The notes beneath the pieces are model-generated. The model ran no database searches. It saw nothing but the letters and a program-made list of their open reading frames with translations, and was not told the origin of the DNA. The translations under genes and the position numbers were made by a program. Shown piece after piece: positions 43,277 to 58,616 of a DNA stretch of 64,000 bases. This DNA comes from the human T2T-CHM13v2.0 reference genome, Homo sapiens. Where the stretch lies: NCBI RefSeq assembly GCF_009914755.1, contig NC_060941.1; one strand, 5' to 3'. Numbering within the stretch: the first letter of the stretch is position 1; every line of letters starts with the position of its first letter.

Positions 43277-43606
43277 CATGGACACAGGAAGGGGAACATC
43301 ACACACTGGGGACTGTTGTGGGGTGGGGGGAGCGGGGAGGGATAGCATTAGGAGATATACCTAATGCAAAATGACGAGAGTTAATGGGTGCAGCACACCA
43401 ACGTGGCACATGTATACATATGTAACAAACCTGCATGTTGTGCACATGTACCCTAAAACTTAAAGTATAATAATAATAAAATTTAAAAAAGAAAAAAGAA
43501 AAAAAGAAAACAAAGCAAAACAAAAATACCAACAACTGTCAATGTATAGTTCCTTTCTTAAATTATATCCTTTAATAAATATAAAATTACAGAAAATTAA
43601 AAAAAA
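43277..43606 (+). mobile_element. 5'-truncated L1PA (PA2-PA4-like) 3' end with 3'-transduced sequence
   Basis: L1 3'UTR at 43277-~43480, A-rich tail, ~75 nt unique sequence with AATAAA, second A-tail; TSD aat(a/g)tgtgattaa. Confidence 0.88.
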
Positions 43607-44121
43607 AATGTGTGATTAAGTCACTAGGTTTAACAAGAAGAAAGGACAGGAGAGATAGGCACTGAGAAGGGAAAAGTTTTAGGACAATTTGGAGGGTGTT
43701 GGGGTAATTAGAAAAAATTCTTCAATGTTATAAATTCACTAAAGAGATGTGGTTAAATTTCTGCTGTAGTTAGATTACGTTGAGTGAACCGTTAGGAGTT
43801 TAGGCAGGCAGTGGAAATGCTTTTGTGTGGCTCTTAAAAACAGCATGCAAAGATTTCTTGAATAAAGATAGCCAAGGAATGTCTTATTTCTATGCCAAAC
43901 CAACTGTAAAAATAAGTACCCCAAAAAAGGTAAGCTGTACATGTAATCAGATAAAAGCATTCCTTGGTAGGGAGGGGGTACAGAATAATAGAAGTGACAA
44001 TGAACTAGGATTGGGAAGATCATCCTTTGCATTCCATTTCCACCACCTTTTCCCTGGATGACCTTGAACAGTAATAACAATCATATAGTGCTCTTCAAAT
44101 TATTTTGCAGTTTTGTGTTCA

Positions 44122-44574
<453 letters not shown>

Positions 44575-45989
44575 CTATTCATGTAAAACATTGAATAAAG
44601 CATTCCCACATGGTTATGTGGAGGATGAAATAAGACCGTGCCTATAAAAGTACTTTGCAATCTCCAAAGAGTCACACAGCAGTTTGTAGGATTTTATGAA
44701 CACAGGAGAAATTTTAGATCTTCCAGTGGTAGAGTTTTTTGTTCCTACAAGAGAAACTAAGTTAAGCAGCAGAGGCACATATTGGAATAACACCACATAG
44801 GTCACAGCCTCCGCAGCAATAATGAAATTCCAGGTTCAAAAAAGATGCAGGCATTAATAGAAGGAAGGGGTCAGAACTGAATCTGTAACACGCCACAGGA
44901 AGGGTGAGGTTGGGCACCGCTGTTCCAATAGCTGGCCCCTTTGTCACCGCCACTGGCCCCAAGAGGAGATGACACTGCCACCATCCAAATGAACTCCAAA
45001 GGATCACTTGCCTTATAGCGACATTGGCTCTAGATTCAAAGTCCCCGGGGGAACCAGTCAATTGGCTAAGATTAGATTACCTGCCTACACTCTGGTTACC
45101 AGGATATTGACAGAGGGTATGTTTGACCCTTCCCAGCTTCCATAGCAGGAGGTAGGATTCTGTCTCTTAACTTTCTTGGGACTTCTCCTCACAGGAAAAG
45201 AAAGGGTACTCAGATATCCATGTCAGGACTGTATGGGCTAAATGGCCTATTCAGGAGACACAGATTATTGCTGGCGGGACTGAAGCCCATTTCTCCTCAT
45301 CCCAGTCTCCTAGACCTTTCACCATTTTATGTGCCTTCATTTCAATTTGTTCAGTCTTGTAGTGGATATTGAATCTCTCCTGTATACCCTGTTCTATGGC
45401 AGCGTTCCTCTACCTCTCATATTCTGAGATTTTATGATTAAATATTTCCATATAACATTTTCAGGTGATAAAGTACTGTGTTAAGAACATTGTTTTCACA
45501 ATGAAATTTTAGAGAGCCTTAAATTTAAAACAAAGATTACTATCAGACAAATCCTGCAGATTCAGCAGAGGCATGGCTGAAAAAGATAATTTGTTCAACA
45601 AAAAGAAAGAGGAAATAACAGCACCAGGGGGATTTCTTGGGCCCCATCAATGTCTACTGTTAAAGTTTATTATATAAACCAAATAAGGGGTTGTACAGTT
45701 CAAGGGCTTACAGCTCATACCATGAATCTAGAGGCTGGTCCCTGCAGCACTGCCTAGGTCTTGTACTCCTAGCCATTACCATTCGCTGTCTCCATTTTAC
45801 CCATATCCAGCACGAAGACATGATACACCACGAGGTGGGAAGTGTGCAAGCTTTGAGAGTCTGTTCAAGGCTGACATCCATATAAAATAAAAATGGAACA
45901 AACATACTTTTGCCTCAGAGGCCTTCTGTCTTCCCTCAGTTGCTGCCTGATTAGAAACAAAGAGGAGTTACAGGTTCCAGTAAGATAGC

Positions 45990-46560
45990 AAATCCTAGTC
46001 TGAGTTTCTTTGCAAATGGAGCATGAGGCAGATTCTTAGGTGTTAAGAGTAGATTGGAGAGTATGACTCCAGAAAAGCCAGAGTGTAGAAAAAATAGGAG
46101 TGAGTCAGGGAAGGCAGAGGAGCAAATTGAAAGGGTTATCTCACAGCTTTTGTAATAAGCACAGTTGGTTGCTCAGTTTCTCAGGATGTTTTCAAAGAGG
46201 CTGTCTGAAACCACTGCATCTTTGAATAGTCCATCTGAGGGGAGGAGGGGAGAAGAATTATTATGTCAGCGCTTGTCTCCCTTTGGCCAAATTTATTCTG
46301 TGTGACGTCAACTCTCTTGCACTTTTGGGTTTACCTGCTAGCCTCTCCGGCAGCCACCTGGGAAGCCAGATCCCAGGATAGTAAGGCTAGCACCTGTGAC
46401 ATATGCCACACTCTCAGGCTGAGCATGTGATGAAAGCAAGCAGTGGCATTCCCCATCGCTCCACCTGCAGCCTGACTGGGCTGGTGGGGCAATGAACTGC
46501 ATGAGTCAAGAGAGCCTTACAGTTGTCACATGCCTCCGGAGCAACAAAAATGAGAGGCAA
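45990..46560 (-). mobile_element. Probable old ERVL LTR (LTR16/LTR33-like)
   Basis: Purine-rich ggagtgagtcagggaaggcagagg segment resembles antisense ERVL LTRs; family assignment uncertain. Confidence 0.35.
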
Positions 46561-46606
46561 GAGGGATGCACAGGGAGGTGCAAGACCATACCTGTGAGTG
46601 ACTTGA

Positions 46607-47034
<428 letters not shown>

Positions 47035-47459
47035 AGTACATCCAGGCCAGGAGATCTTCACAGACTTCACAGAGACTTGTCAGTAGCCTCAACAGGAAAA
47101 CATGGCCAAGGGAATCCAGGAAGGAGCATGAGCTGGGTTAGATACACCAAGATAGCTTGAAATCCCTTAACCTATGCACACCAAAAATTGCTAGGTAGAT
47201 TAAAACGCATGGCTACAGTCACTAGAAAGAAGGGGAAATTCCTAGATTCCAGGAAAAAAAAAACAGAGGGAATTAAAACCAGACCAGTAAATGTCTGCAT
47301 GGGTTTTGTAGCTATAAAAGGAGTGAGTGCTTTTGATGCCAATAACCTACAGGATTAGATTTTATTTATCTCCCATATAGAGAAAAGACACAAAATTTTG
47401 GACCTGAGCAAAGTGGGAAGCATAAAACAAGAACCCTAAAAGGATTGCATTTCTGTGTA

Positions 47460-47470
47460 ACATATATGTA

Positions 47471-47508
<38 letters not shown>

Positions 47509-47577
47509 ATATATATATATGGCAGTAACATATATATATGCCTGTAACATATATCTATATATGCCTGTAACATATAT

Positions 47578-47624
<47 letters not shown>

Positions 47625-47626
47625 TA
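47460..47626. repeat. Compound STR: (TG)n, (TA)n, gtaacatatat units, (GATA)~11
   Basis: Directly visible; GATA run at ~47579-47623. Confidence 0.95.
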
Positions 47627-47759
47627 TGCATGCCTATCAGTGCAAGGCAGTGACAAGTAAGAGCTCTCGCTAACTGCAACTGTTTGGGGAAAATTTTTTT
47701 TTCTGGAAATCAAACCCAGGGCTGCATTTCTTAAAGGTCTCAAGTCTGATTTTTATACT

Positions 47760-48950
47760 GTCAGGTAACCATCAATGTCAAAGTGAAAATATATCATAAA
47801 AGAAATAATAAAAAAATTGATTCTCTGACAGTGATATTCCCAGGGTGCTCAGTAGAAGCAAAAGCAGAAATATACTAGAAAGGCAAGCCACAGAATCTCT
47901 GAAAGAAAAAAGAACGTTCCACAAAAGATCAGTTCACCATACAGCCGCCAAAACTGCAAAATAAGTAAGACTTCTAGCACTTGAACAGAAGAAGCTGAAA
48001 AGGAACATAAAAAGTGTATTTAAAATTGTTGAATTGTAATTCAATAAAAATGTAAAGAAAGGGATTCAAGCTATTAATAAAAAAATGAAGATCCTATTAA
48101 AAAAAACAGGTAACTGAAAAAGAACCAAATACAACATCTAGACATGGGAAAAGTAGTAAATAAAATTAAAAGCCCAAAGGATAGATTAAGGAATGGATTA
48201 AACACTCCTGGAGAAAGAATTAGTAGGTCAGAAAATATATGTGAGGAAATTAGATTGCAAAGCAGCAAGCAAGTATAAAAGAAAAGATTAGGCTAAATAG
48301 TTTAGAAGAATGTGTAGATCCCACATATATCTGATAAGAGTTTCAGAATGAAAGGACACAAAAAGAATATGGAAGAAACAGTCTTTAAATAGATGATGAT
48401 AGAGTAGTTTTCAACATTGATGAATGACCATGGAGGAAGTGAAATAATCAAAATCCAATGTCACATGTAACATTTTAAAGCAGATAGAAATTAATGATAG
48501 GCTTCTTACATAGAAATAAATTCAGACTGGCAGCTGACTTCTCAACATACACGATAGTGCCAGATGATGCTGTGATGAGGCAAAATTACCATCAACATAG
48601 GATTTTGTGTATGAAATCATCATCAACCATCAATTTATAACCAGCTAAACTATCATTCATGAGATGACAAAATAGATACATTATAACACAAATAAAGACT
48701 GAGACATCTACCTCCATCAACATAAATAAATCTCAAAACGTAACACCGAGAAAAGCAAGCTGCAACAGGATATGTACAATACTATTGGCCTGCAATTATA
48801 AAGCCCAATACTGAAGTATCAACTCTTTGTGATTTAAAGTGCAAAGCACAATTAAGAAAAATACAACCACACTTAAGATGGTAGTTATTGCTGGATAGGA
48901 TAGAAGGGAAGGAAAAAGCAATGGGACTTCACCTGTGACTGAAATGTCTT
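47760..48950 (+). mobile_element. Old L1M fragments (ORF1-like and 3' regions)
   Basis: A-rich degenerate L1 motifs such as ggagaaagaattagt, cagactggcagctgacttctcaaca and ccagctaaactatcattca. Confidence 0.65.
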
Positions 48951-48975
48951 ATCTTTTTTTAAAATAAAAAAAACA

Positions 48976-49282
48976 GGCCAGGCAGGGTGGCTCACGCCTG
49001 TAATCCCAGCACTTTGGGAGGCCGAGGCAGGTGGATCACGAGGTCAGGAGATGGAAACTAGCCTGGCTAACATGGTGAAACCCCGTCTCTACTAAAAATA
49101 CAAAATATTAGCCGGGCATGGGCGTGGTGGCGGGTGCCTGTAGTTGCAGCTACTGGGGGCTGAGGCAGGAGAATGGCATGAACCCAGGAGGCAGAGCTTG
49201 CAGTCAGCAGAGATTGCGCCACTGCACTCCAGCCTGAGCGACAGAGTGATACTCCGTCTCAAAAAAAAAAAAAAAAAAAAAA
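48976..49282 (+). mobile_element. AluY/Sc8-like
   Basis: gagaatggcatgaacccagg and gagcttgcag; ~A22 tail. Confidence 0.95.
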
Positions 49283-49789
49283 ATGAGGAAATAACAAAAT
49301 ATTAACATTTGTTAAATCTAGATGTAGGCACATGGTATCTGTGATTTTCTGTTCTTTTTATGTGTTTGAAATCTTTCAAAATAAAAATTTTTAAAGAAAT
49401 ATATCTACATCAAATAGGAGAGAGAAGAAACCAAGGAGAAGCAAGAGAAGGACAAAAGAGGTAACTCAACATGGTAAGCTCTTGAGGGTGGTTGGAAACA
49501 AACCAGAAAGGTTTGTTTCCAACCCTTGTAGAAAATGAGAGCCCATTTCAATTTTAGTGGGAGGGGGTGACAAAGAGAACTGGATGGCCAATCTAGATCA
49601 TGCTCCCCTCTACCACTAAGTGCCTATGTGAGCACAGGCACAGACTTCCCCTCCCTGGCCCTCAGCTTCCTCATCTTATAGTTAATAGGGTTGGCAGTAG
49701 TCATTCTACCATATCATTTCCATTTCCAGCTTTTGTTCCTCTGCCTCCAATTTTTCAGATAGCCACATTTTCAGACATTAAAAATGCCT

Positions 49790-50360
49790 TTTCACTAATA
49801 AAGAATTCCTTTGGCTTCAAGTGACAGAGAATTCAGCCCAAATTGGCTTAATTAAAGTGAAAAATTATTGGTTTATATAAGATGAAAACCTCAGGGCTAC
49901 ATCCAGTTTTAGGCAACACTAGATTTGGACCTCAAAAATACTATCAAGAACCTCAGGTAATTTTAAAAATATTTTGTACTGTGTCTTCAGTTACATTGGC
50001 TTTCTTCGCGGACATCATGTGATAAGCCAGATGGTGGTTGTAGCCAGATGGCAATGGCAGCTCCAGACCTTAAATCCCCTAAGTTTTTTGTACTGCAAGA
50101 AAAGCAAAAATCTCTTCCCCTGCAGCCCCAGTGCAACACCCATTGTATCTCCTTAGCTTTTATAGAGTCCTAAGCCCAACACTGAACCACTCATTGTAGA
50201 CAGGGGAGAGCTATGCACTGATCAACTTGAGCCTTGAACATGCTCCCACTGTGGAATGAGCACAAATTCACCTCAACCATATAAGCTAAGAGTAAGGGTG
50301 AGTGTTACCTCCCACAAGGAAACCAGGAAGTGATTACCAGAAAAAGGATGCATGGATATT
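49790..50360 (-). mobile_element. Old MLT1 (K/L-like) LTR
   Basis: ttcaagtgacagag...aattggctta...ctgaaccactcattgt...tatgcactgat. Confidence 0.5.
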
Positions 50361-51323
50361 AGATGGCAAAAACAAATGTTCACCAACCAGCAAAAACATG
50401 AGTGACCCTCCAAGAAGGACAGTCTAAGAATTTCAGTCTTTTTCTTAAATAGTGACAGAAGGTGAAAGGGAAATCCTAAAAGTGCCAAGCATTCTAAGCA
50501 TAGAAAGGGGCCATGTAAGAATAAATATCTATTAGCCACAATTCTAGCATTCATGAGCTAGGCAGGAGCTTATGTAGCTTGAAAGATGTAGTTTTAGAAT
50601 CAGTCAAAGGCAGTTCTAATTGGAATGACAGAGAATAATCATGGCAAGTATGAACCATGTGATGTTCCCCAATAGCAAAAATGAAAAGTAAGTGCTTTAA
50701 GAGGAAGTTAAGTAGATTTGTAGAAGGTAAAGCATGATGTCTTAGCAAGAGATGATGGGTGCAGTACACACCTACAGAGATTGATGCTGTGTAAGGCAGA
50801 CAACTTTGCCCAGAGCACCTCTGTTGGAAATAGAATATGAGATTGTGTAAACCATTTATTGTCACAGCACTGCAAGAAAATATTATATTTATTTTTGAAC
50901 CACTCTCAAAACTTAATACGTCTAGATAAACATCTTAATAAATTTAGAGTAAATAGAGATTTTTTACATGATCAATGAGCAACAAATATTTGTTGGATGC
51001 GACTCTCACGGTGTTAAATAATTCTGGAAGTTGCGGGGAGGGTACCACATGGAAAGTTGGGGAGGATTAGAAAGCCTTTCTCTATCCTTCCATCTTTATC
51101 CATTGACCCAGATATTCCAGATCTTCCACTTTCATTTTCTCACCTTCTCCATCTTGTTTTTCCACAACCCTTCTTTGCAGAAAACAACAATAACAACATC
51201 ACGTTGCCATCCTGTCTCCACCCCTGTAGGTACTGGAAAGACAAAACCAGAAATAACTTAGTGTTATGTTTATAAATTAGAAATGTGCCCCAGAACCCTG
51301 GGGGTAATGCAAAACTTTTCTAA

Positions 51324-51775
<452 letters not shown>

Positions 51776-52289
51776 TTATACTGACACCCTCAGTGCTGAA
51801 CTGGCCAGACCTGTCTCACCTTAGACCCTCACTGCTCAGGGTGAAACATCCTCAAGTTAATTAACTAATTAGTTAATTAATTAACTTAAAATATCCTCTG
51901 CACAACTTGCCTCTCATGGGCTGTGTTTATGACATTACTTAGGTGGATTAATGTACTAAAGGACTTGCTTCCCGCAAAAGGTGAGTGGTATAAGGGCCAA
52001 AAGGAGGTGGAGAGGACAGAAAACCCAAATCCACCACATGAATAGAAAAAAAAAAATTTCACATGCAATGCCTGGCATGGATTCATGGCACCCTGTTCTT
52101 GGGTGGAGGCGAGGGGACAGCTCATAAATAGAGTTGAACTGAATTGTGACCATTCTTGGCTCCAGCTGCCCCTAGTCTACTAATTTAGATGGAGTGTAAT
52201 TGCTGGGACTAGAATAGCAACGAGAGAGTATAGATACTCACCAGACAAACACTCTGCATGTAGAATGAAGCATGAAGTCTGAGATTAGT

Positions 52290-52520
52290 GACAGCTGACA
52301 TCTATTAAGCACTTACCCATCTCCCAGCCACTGGGCTACACTCTTTACACTAGACTATGCCCATTTTACCCTCTCACATCTCAAGTTCTATTTTATCCCC
52401 TTTTACACACAGCAACGCTGAACACAGAGAGGTGAGTTAACTTTCCCAGAGACACGCAGTTAATTAGTGATGGGACCAAGCTTGATGACAGAATCTGTGA
52501 TTTTAAGCACCACACCAAAT
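52290..52520 (-). mobile_element. MIR
   Basis: tattaagcactta...tatcccctttta...gctgaacacagagaggtgag. Confidence 0.6.
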
Positions 52521-52722
52521 TGTCTCTGATCAAAGAACTGGAAATGGAGATGAGAAATGTGGATGTGCTCAGTCTTTTATAACGGCGAAGGCAGAGTTCG
52601 GCATGAGCAAATTTGCAGTCAAAGGAGGAACACGTACGTCCTGAAAAGGCCCACTCTGAGCATGGCCACACCAGATTTAATGCAAGGTCTGTCCTTGTTT
52701 GAAGGAGGGAGGCTGAGCATGA

Positions 52723-53696
<974 letters not shown>

Positions 53697-53739
53697 AGTG
53701 TTCAAAGTCCATCTGTCCAATTGAACTTTTTACCCATTA

Positions 53740-54092
<353 letters not shown>

Positions 54093-54244
54093 TCAAATAT
54101 CCCTCATAGGAATTGAAAAAAAAAAAAACAATAAACTTTAAACTTTATCTGCATTTAGCCTTCAGGTTGAAAGTGATTATTACATCATGGCCATCAAGAT
54201 AGTTACCTACAATCAGGTATTTGAATTGGAAAAGGAAGAAAGGG

Positions 54245-54425
54245 AACTAACATTTGTCAATGACCCATTTTCTGTGGTAAATACTAGTAGATGCCCCAAC
54301 GAAGGTATTATCTCCTCACTTTTGAGATGAGGAAACTGAGGATCACAGACTTCAATAATTTGCTAAGTGTCACACAGCTAAGAAGAGTTAAGATTACAAG
54401 CCAGAGTTTTTCTGACCCTAAAACT
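54245..54425 (-). mobile_element. MIR
   Basis: gatgaggaaactgagg...gtcacacagctaag. Confidence 0.75.
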
Positions 54426-54459
54426 ACATTCTTTCCATCGATTTTAGTCATTAGGGCCA

Positions 54460-54820
54460 TTTGTTGAACGTTTCTGGTTCTCCCCACTCTTGAGTCCATA
54501 GGAGAACTGCAGTTTCTGGCCCTTTTGTGATTGGACGAGGCCACGAGACTGGTTGTGGCCCATGTGTTGTGAGTAGAATTGAAGTCTTACTTCCAGGATC
54601 AAGTGTTTTACCGCAAGACCCTTAAGAGGCCCCTGGCATGGCACCAGCAAAGTTTGAGTCTCTGAGGGACTATGATCAACAGATGCTCCCATCCTGCCTT
54701 CTGCTAAATCCACAATGAACATGTTGCACGAACAAGAAATCAACTTTTGTTGTTTGGAGTCATGGGGGGTTTGGGGGTGTTTGTTACTCCAGCATAATCC
54801 ACCCTATCCTGACTGATGTA
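54460..54820 (+). mobile_element. MLT1 (I/J-like) LTR
   Basis: gaacaagaaatcaacttttgttgttt...tgtttgttactccagcataa...ctatcctgactgat. Confidence 0.7.
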
Positions 54821-56892
54821 TCACTGAAGACGAAGGAGAAGGGAGTAAGGGAGTGTAGAGGCTGCCTCAAGAGAGCCCTATTTATGTCTTATGGCAGCAT
54901 GAGGGCTCACCTTTACCTTGGCTGACCTGGGCTCCATGGTGTCTGCCTACCAACCGACTTCTATTTCTGGATGCACCTGGGCATAATAAGAACCAGAGGC
55001 ACCTACAGCATTACTCAGAGGTAGGGTGTGAACCCCATTGCCTCATTCATTCTGAATGCTTCTTACTTTGGAACAGCAAAGAACACAAAGAGAGCAGGAG
55101 AAGTGTTATCCCTTCCCAAGCCTGTTCTGACACACATAGCACAGCACGAGGCTTTTGAAAGAGGCTTAACGGAAGCAGCATCCTCACATCAGAGCAGCTT
55201 GTCACGGAGGAGCCTTTGTGGCTGGAATGGGCATTTGCTAAGTTAGTCTCCCCTCACTGGGCTGGGGACTGGTTGACACAGGGCTGGGGTGCCAAGGTTT
55301 GGGATAATCTGGGGAGGGACTGAAGCATAGATTATGATGCCACCTGGCATGAGTTTCCCACATCTTCTTCCGTCGGAAAGACGGGATTCTCTTCTCATGT
55401 CCCCCCTGAGTCATCAGCCCAGCAGCTTGTTCTTCTGGTTGTTCATGTCTCCCCACTCTCCTCCATGCCACTGAGGATTGTACTTCCTCGCTGCTGCTGA
55501 CTGTCCAGAATTCCTAGGTGGATACAGTCCCCTTGGTAGACAGCTGCACCCTCCACACAGGAAACAGCAGAGAGGGGAGTGTGGAGCAGGAAGAGCTGCC
55601 CTTTATGGCTCTGTCCCTCTTACCCACACCCACCACCACACAGGTTTGTGTGGCTTCCTTAGACTTTGCTCAAAGATGAAGGTATACCAACTGAGTAAAA
55701 GATGTAATATTTTCAACTGCATACCGAATCTAGCTTTTCCCATGGTCCAAGGAGGAAGCATCCTTCTAGAGGAAATGATATTGTGGACACTGCCAGCTGC
55801 TAATTTTGTTTCTTTAATCTCTTAAGTCCAAGATATTTTTCAGATCCATTCCTTCTTCAAACTTCCAGCATGTGAATTGGTACCCATGTTTCAGAAAACC
55901 CCACTGTAGCGATTGATCTTGTCCAAGAGCTATCCGTTCCCTGTTTCTCCAACAGCAGGTTTCCTTAAACCTAAGTTATTCAGTCTACAAACACACCCGG
56001 GCATGGGGTACCCTTGAAAGGTAGACTTAGGTATTCTAAGTTAAAAACACAACAAAAACAAAACAAAAACAAAAACAGAGTAGCTCTTCCTTGGGCTCAC
56101 CTGTGTTTTGGCTTCCACCTATGATAGCACTTGAAGAATTGGTTCTGTTGCTAAGAAAAGTTGAAACATCACTGGCCTGTCCAACCACCCCCACACTCCC
56201 ATTATATAGATGTAACAAACTGAGGCCAAATGCCTTGCCATTAGCAGAGTGCTCTTCAGGTACACTAGAATCCTAAAAGCAAATTTGCTTGTAAGAGGGA
56301 ACAAAAAGATTCAAACTCACCCTGAAGGTTTATAAAACCAATATTGGGTTCTTCCATGAAAATGGAAGTTGAGAGATCAGAGAAGAAAGGATAAAAGCAT
56401 TGAGATGGTGGTGGAAGAATGGTTTATTGAGAGGAAGCCACAAGGATTAAAAATAAAAATGGATTTCTGTGACTTCATGCTTCTGCATAGGATGGGTTCT
56501 GCTGTTGGCCATGAGCTTTTCTCTTGCAACTCTCAGTAGGGTGGACTCCTCTGAGTCAGTGAGAATGGGACAGTTGAATCAACAGTCAAAACGCTCAATT
56601 ATCTGTAAGTTCTGCTTTGCTGCCATGATGTTTACACTCAGCCTACTTCATTGAAAGTCCTATAAAGAAAGTCTGAAGTTGAATGAGGCACAGGGCTTCG
56701 TGCCACCTAAACCCTAGGGCCACTGCATCTGAAATATATGTTCTATATGGGCAGTTATAGAGAAAATTTGATCTGTTACAGTTATTTAGCTTCAAGCAAT
56801 GGTAACTGACCCTGCCTAACTTAAATAGAGAAGGAATTTATTGGGAGGACATAGAATAACTCATAAAAACAAAGGGGAGAAACCACTTTATC

Positions 56893-57340
56893 TGTGTCAA
56901 TCCATCTACTGATTAATGGACAAATAAAATATACTACATTCATACAATAACATATGTCTACCCATAAAAAGAATGAAGTGCCAACACATGCTACAACAGA
57001 CACAAAGCTTGAACACATTATGCAAAGTGAAAGAAGCCAGTGTTGTATTAAAAAAAAAAACCCACGTATTGTATGATTCCATTCATATGAAATATCCAGA
57101 ATAGGCAAATCTATAGAAACAGAAAGTAGATTATTGGTTGCCTGGGGCTGGAGAGCAGGAGGAAATGGAGAGTGACTGCTGATGGGTACAGAGTTTCTTT
57201 GTGGGTGATGAAAATGTTCTAAATTTGATTGTGGTAACAGTTGCACAACTCTGTGAATACACAAAAAACCATTGAATCATATACTTCAAATGAGTGAATT
57301 GTATGGCATGTGAATTGTATCTCAATACAGCTATTATATA
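56893..57340 (+). mobile_element. L1MB 3' end
   Basis: gaacacattatgcaaagtgaaagaagccag...ggcaaatctatagaaacagaaagtagatt...tgtatctcaata. Confidence 0.88.
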
Positions 57341-57341
57341 T

Positions 57342-57901
57342 ATCTTTTTAGTATACTTAAAGTTCTGGGGTACATGCGCAGAATGTGCAGGTTTGTTACA
57401 TAGGTATACATGTGCCATGGTGGTTTGCTGCACCCATCAACCCGTCATCTACATCAAATGGTTCTTCTAATGCTATCCCTCCCCCTAGCCCCCCACCCAC
57501 CGACAGGCCCCGGTGGGTGATGTTCCCCTCCCTGTGTCCATGTGTTCTCATTGTTCAACTCCCACTTATGAGTGAGGACATGCAGTGTTTGGTCTTTTGT
57601 TCCTGTGTTAGTTTGCTGAGAATGATGGTTTCCAGCTCCATCCGTGTCCCTGCAAAGGACATGAACTCATCCTTTTTTATGGCTGCATAGTATTCCATGG
57701 TGTATTTGTGCCACATTTTCTTTATCCAGGCTGTCATTGATGGGCATTTGGTTTGGTTCCAAGTCTTTGCTATTGTGAACAGTGCCATAATAAACATACA
57801 TGTGTGTGTTCAACCATTGTGGAAGACAGCATGGCGTTTCCTCAAGGATCTAGAACTAGAAATGCCATTTGACCCAGAAATCCCATTACTGGGTATATAC
57901 C
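57342..57901 (-). mobile_element. 5'-inverted (twin-primed) L1PA7/8-like insertion
   Basis: Antisense 3' end at 57342-~57808 then sense piece at ~57809-57901; TSD cagct(a/g)ttatatat at 57328-57341 and 57902-57915. Confidence 0.9.
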
Positions 57902-58301
57902 CAGCTGTTATATATTTTTTAAAAAGTTTACATTCAGAAAACCTCCAAAAAATGATCTAAAATCCTGGCTTAGAAACATTCAGGACCCTGGATACTCTAG
58001 AGAATCCACTTGTAAGAGAGACCTGATGGATTGAATGACATTCACCCATCCTTGTTCCGCTGTTTGCTTACTCCACTCAAGATGCAAAGCCCCAGGAGAG
58101 CATCCTAGGGACTTTACCTGGGGATCTGCCATCCAAACAAGACTGCATCAAAGGAAAAATAGGTAATTTCCCAAGATGAAATCAGGAGGTTGTTTTCAAA
58201 GAAGGAAAAATGGTTGTGAGAGGTCAGAATCAGTGCACATTGCCCGCAGCATGCCCAGAACCACATGCGGTATATCCCAGGACACTCCTTGTTTGGAAAC
58301 A

Positions 58302-58616
58302 TTTTTTCTTTTTTCTCTCTTTTTTTTTTTTTTTTTGAGACTGTGTCTCGGTCTGTCACCCAGGCCAGAGTGCAGTAGCACAATTTTGGCTCATTGCAAC
58401 CTCTGCCTCTTGGATTCAAGTGATTCTCCCACCTCAGCCTCCTGAGTAGCTGGGATTACAGATGCGTGCCACCACACCCAGCTAGTTTTTGTATTTTTAG
58501 TAGAGATGGGCTTTCACTATGTTGGCCGAGACTGGTCTTGAACTCCTGATGTCATGATCTGCCCACCTCAGTCTCCCAAAGTGCTGAGATTACAGGCGTG
58601 AGCCACCACGCCTGGC
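58302..58616 (-). mobile_element. AluS
   Basis: Full Alu reverse complement with poly-T. Confidence 0.93.

Noticed and set aside
57385-57960. ORFs resembling L1 ORF2 C-terminus
   Set aside because: Fragments of a truncated, rearranged L1PA; not a functional CDS
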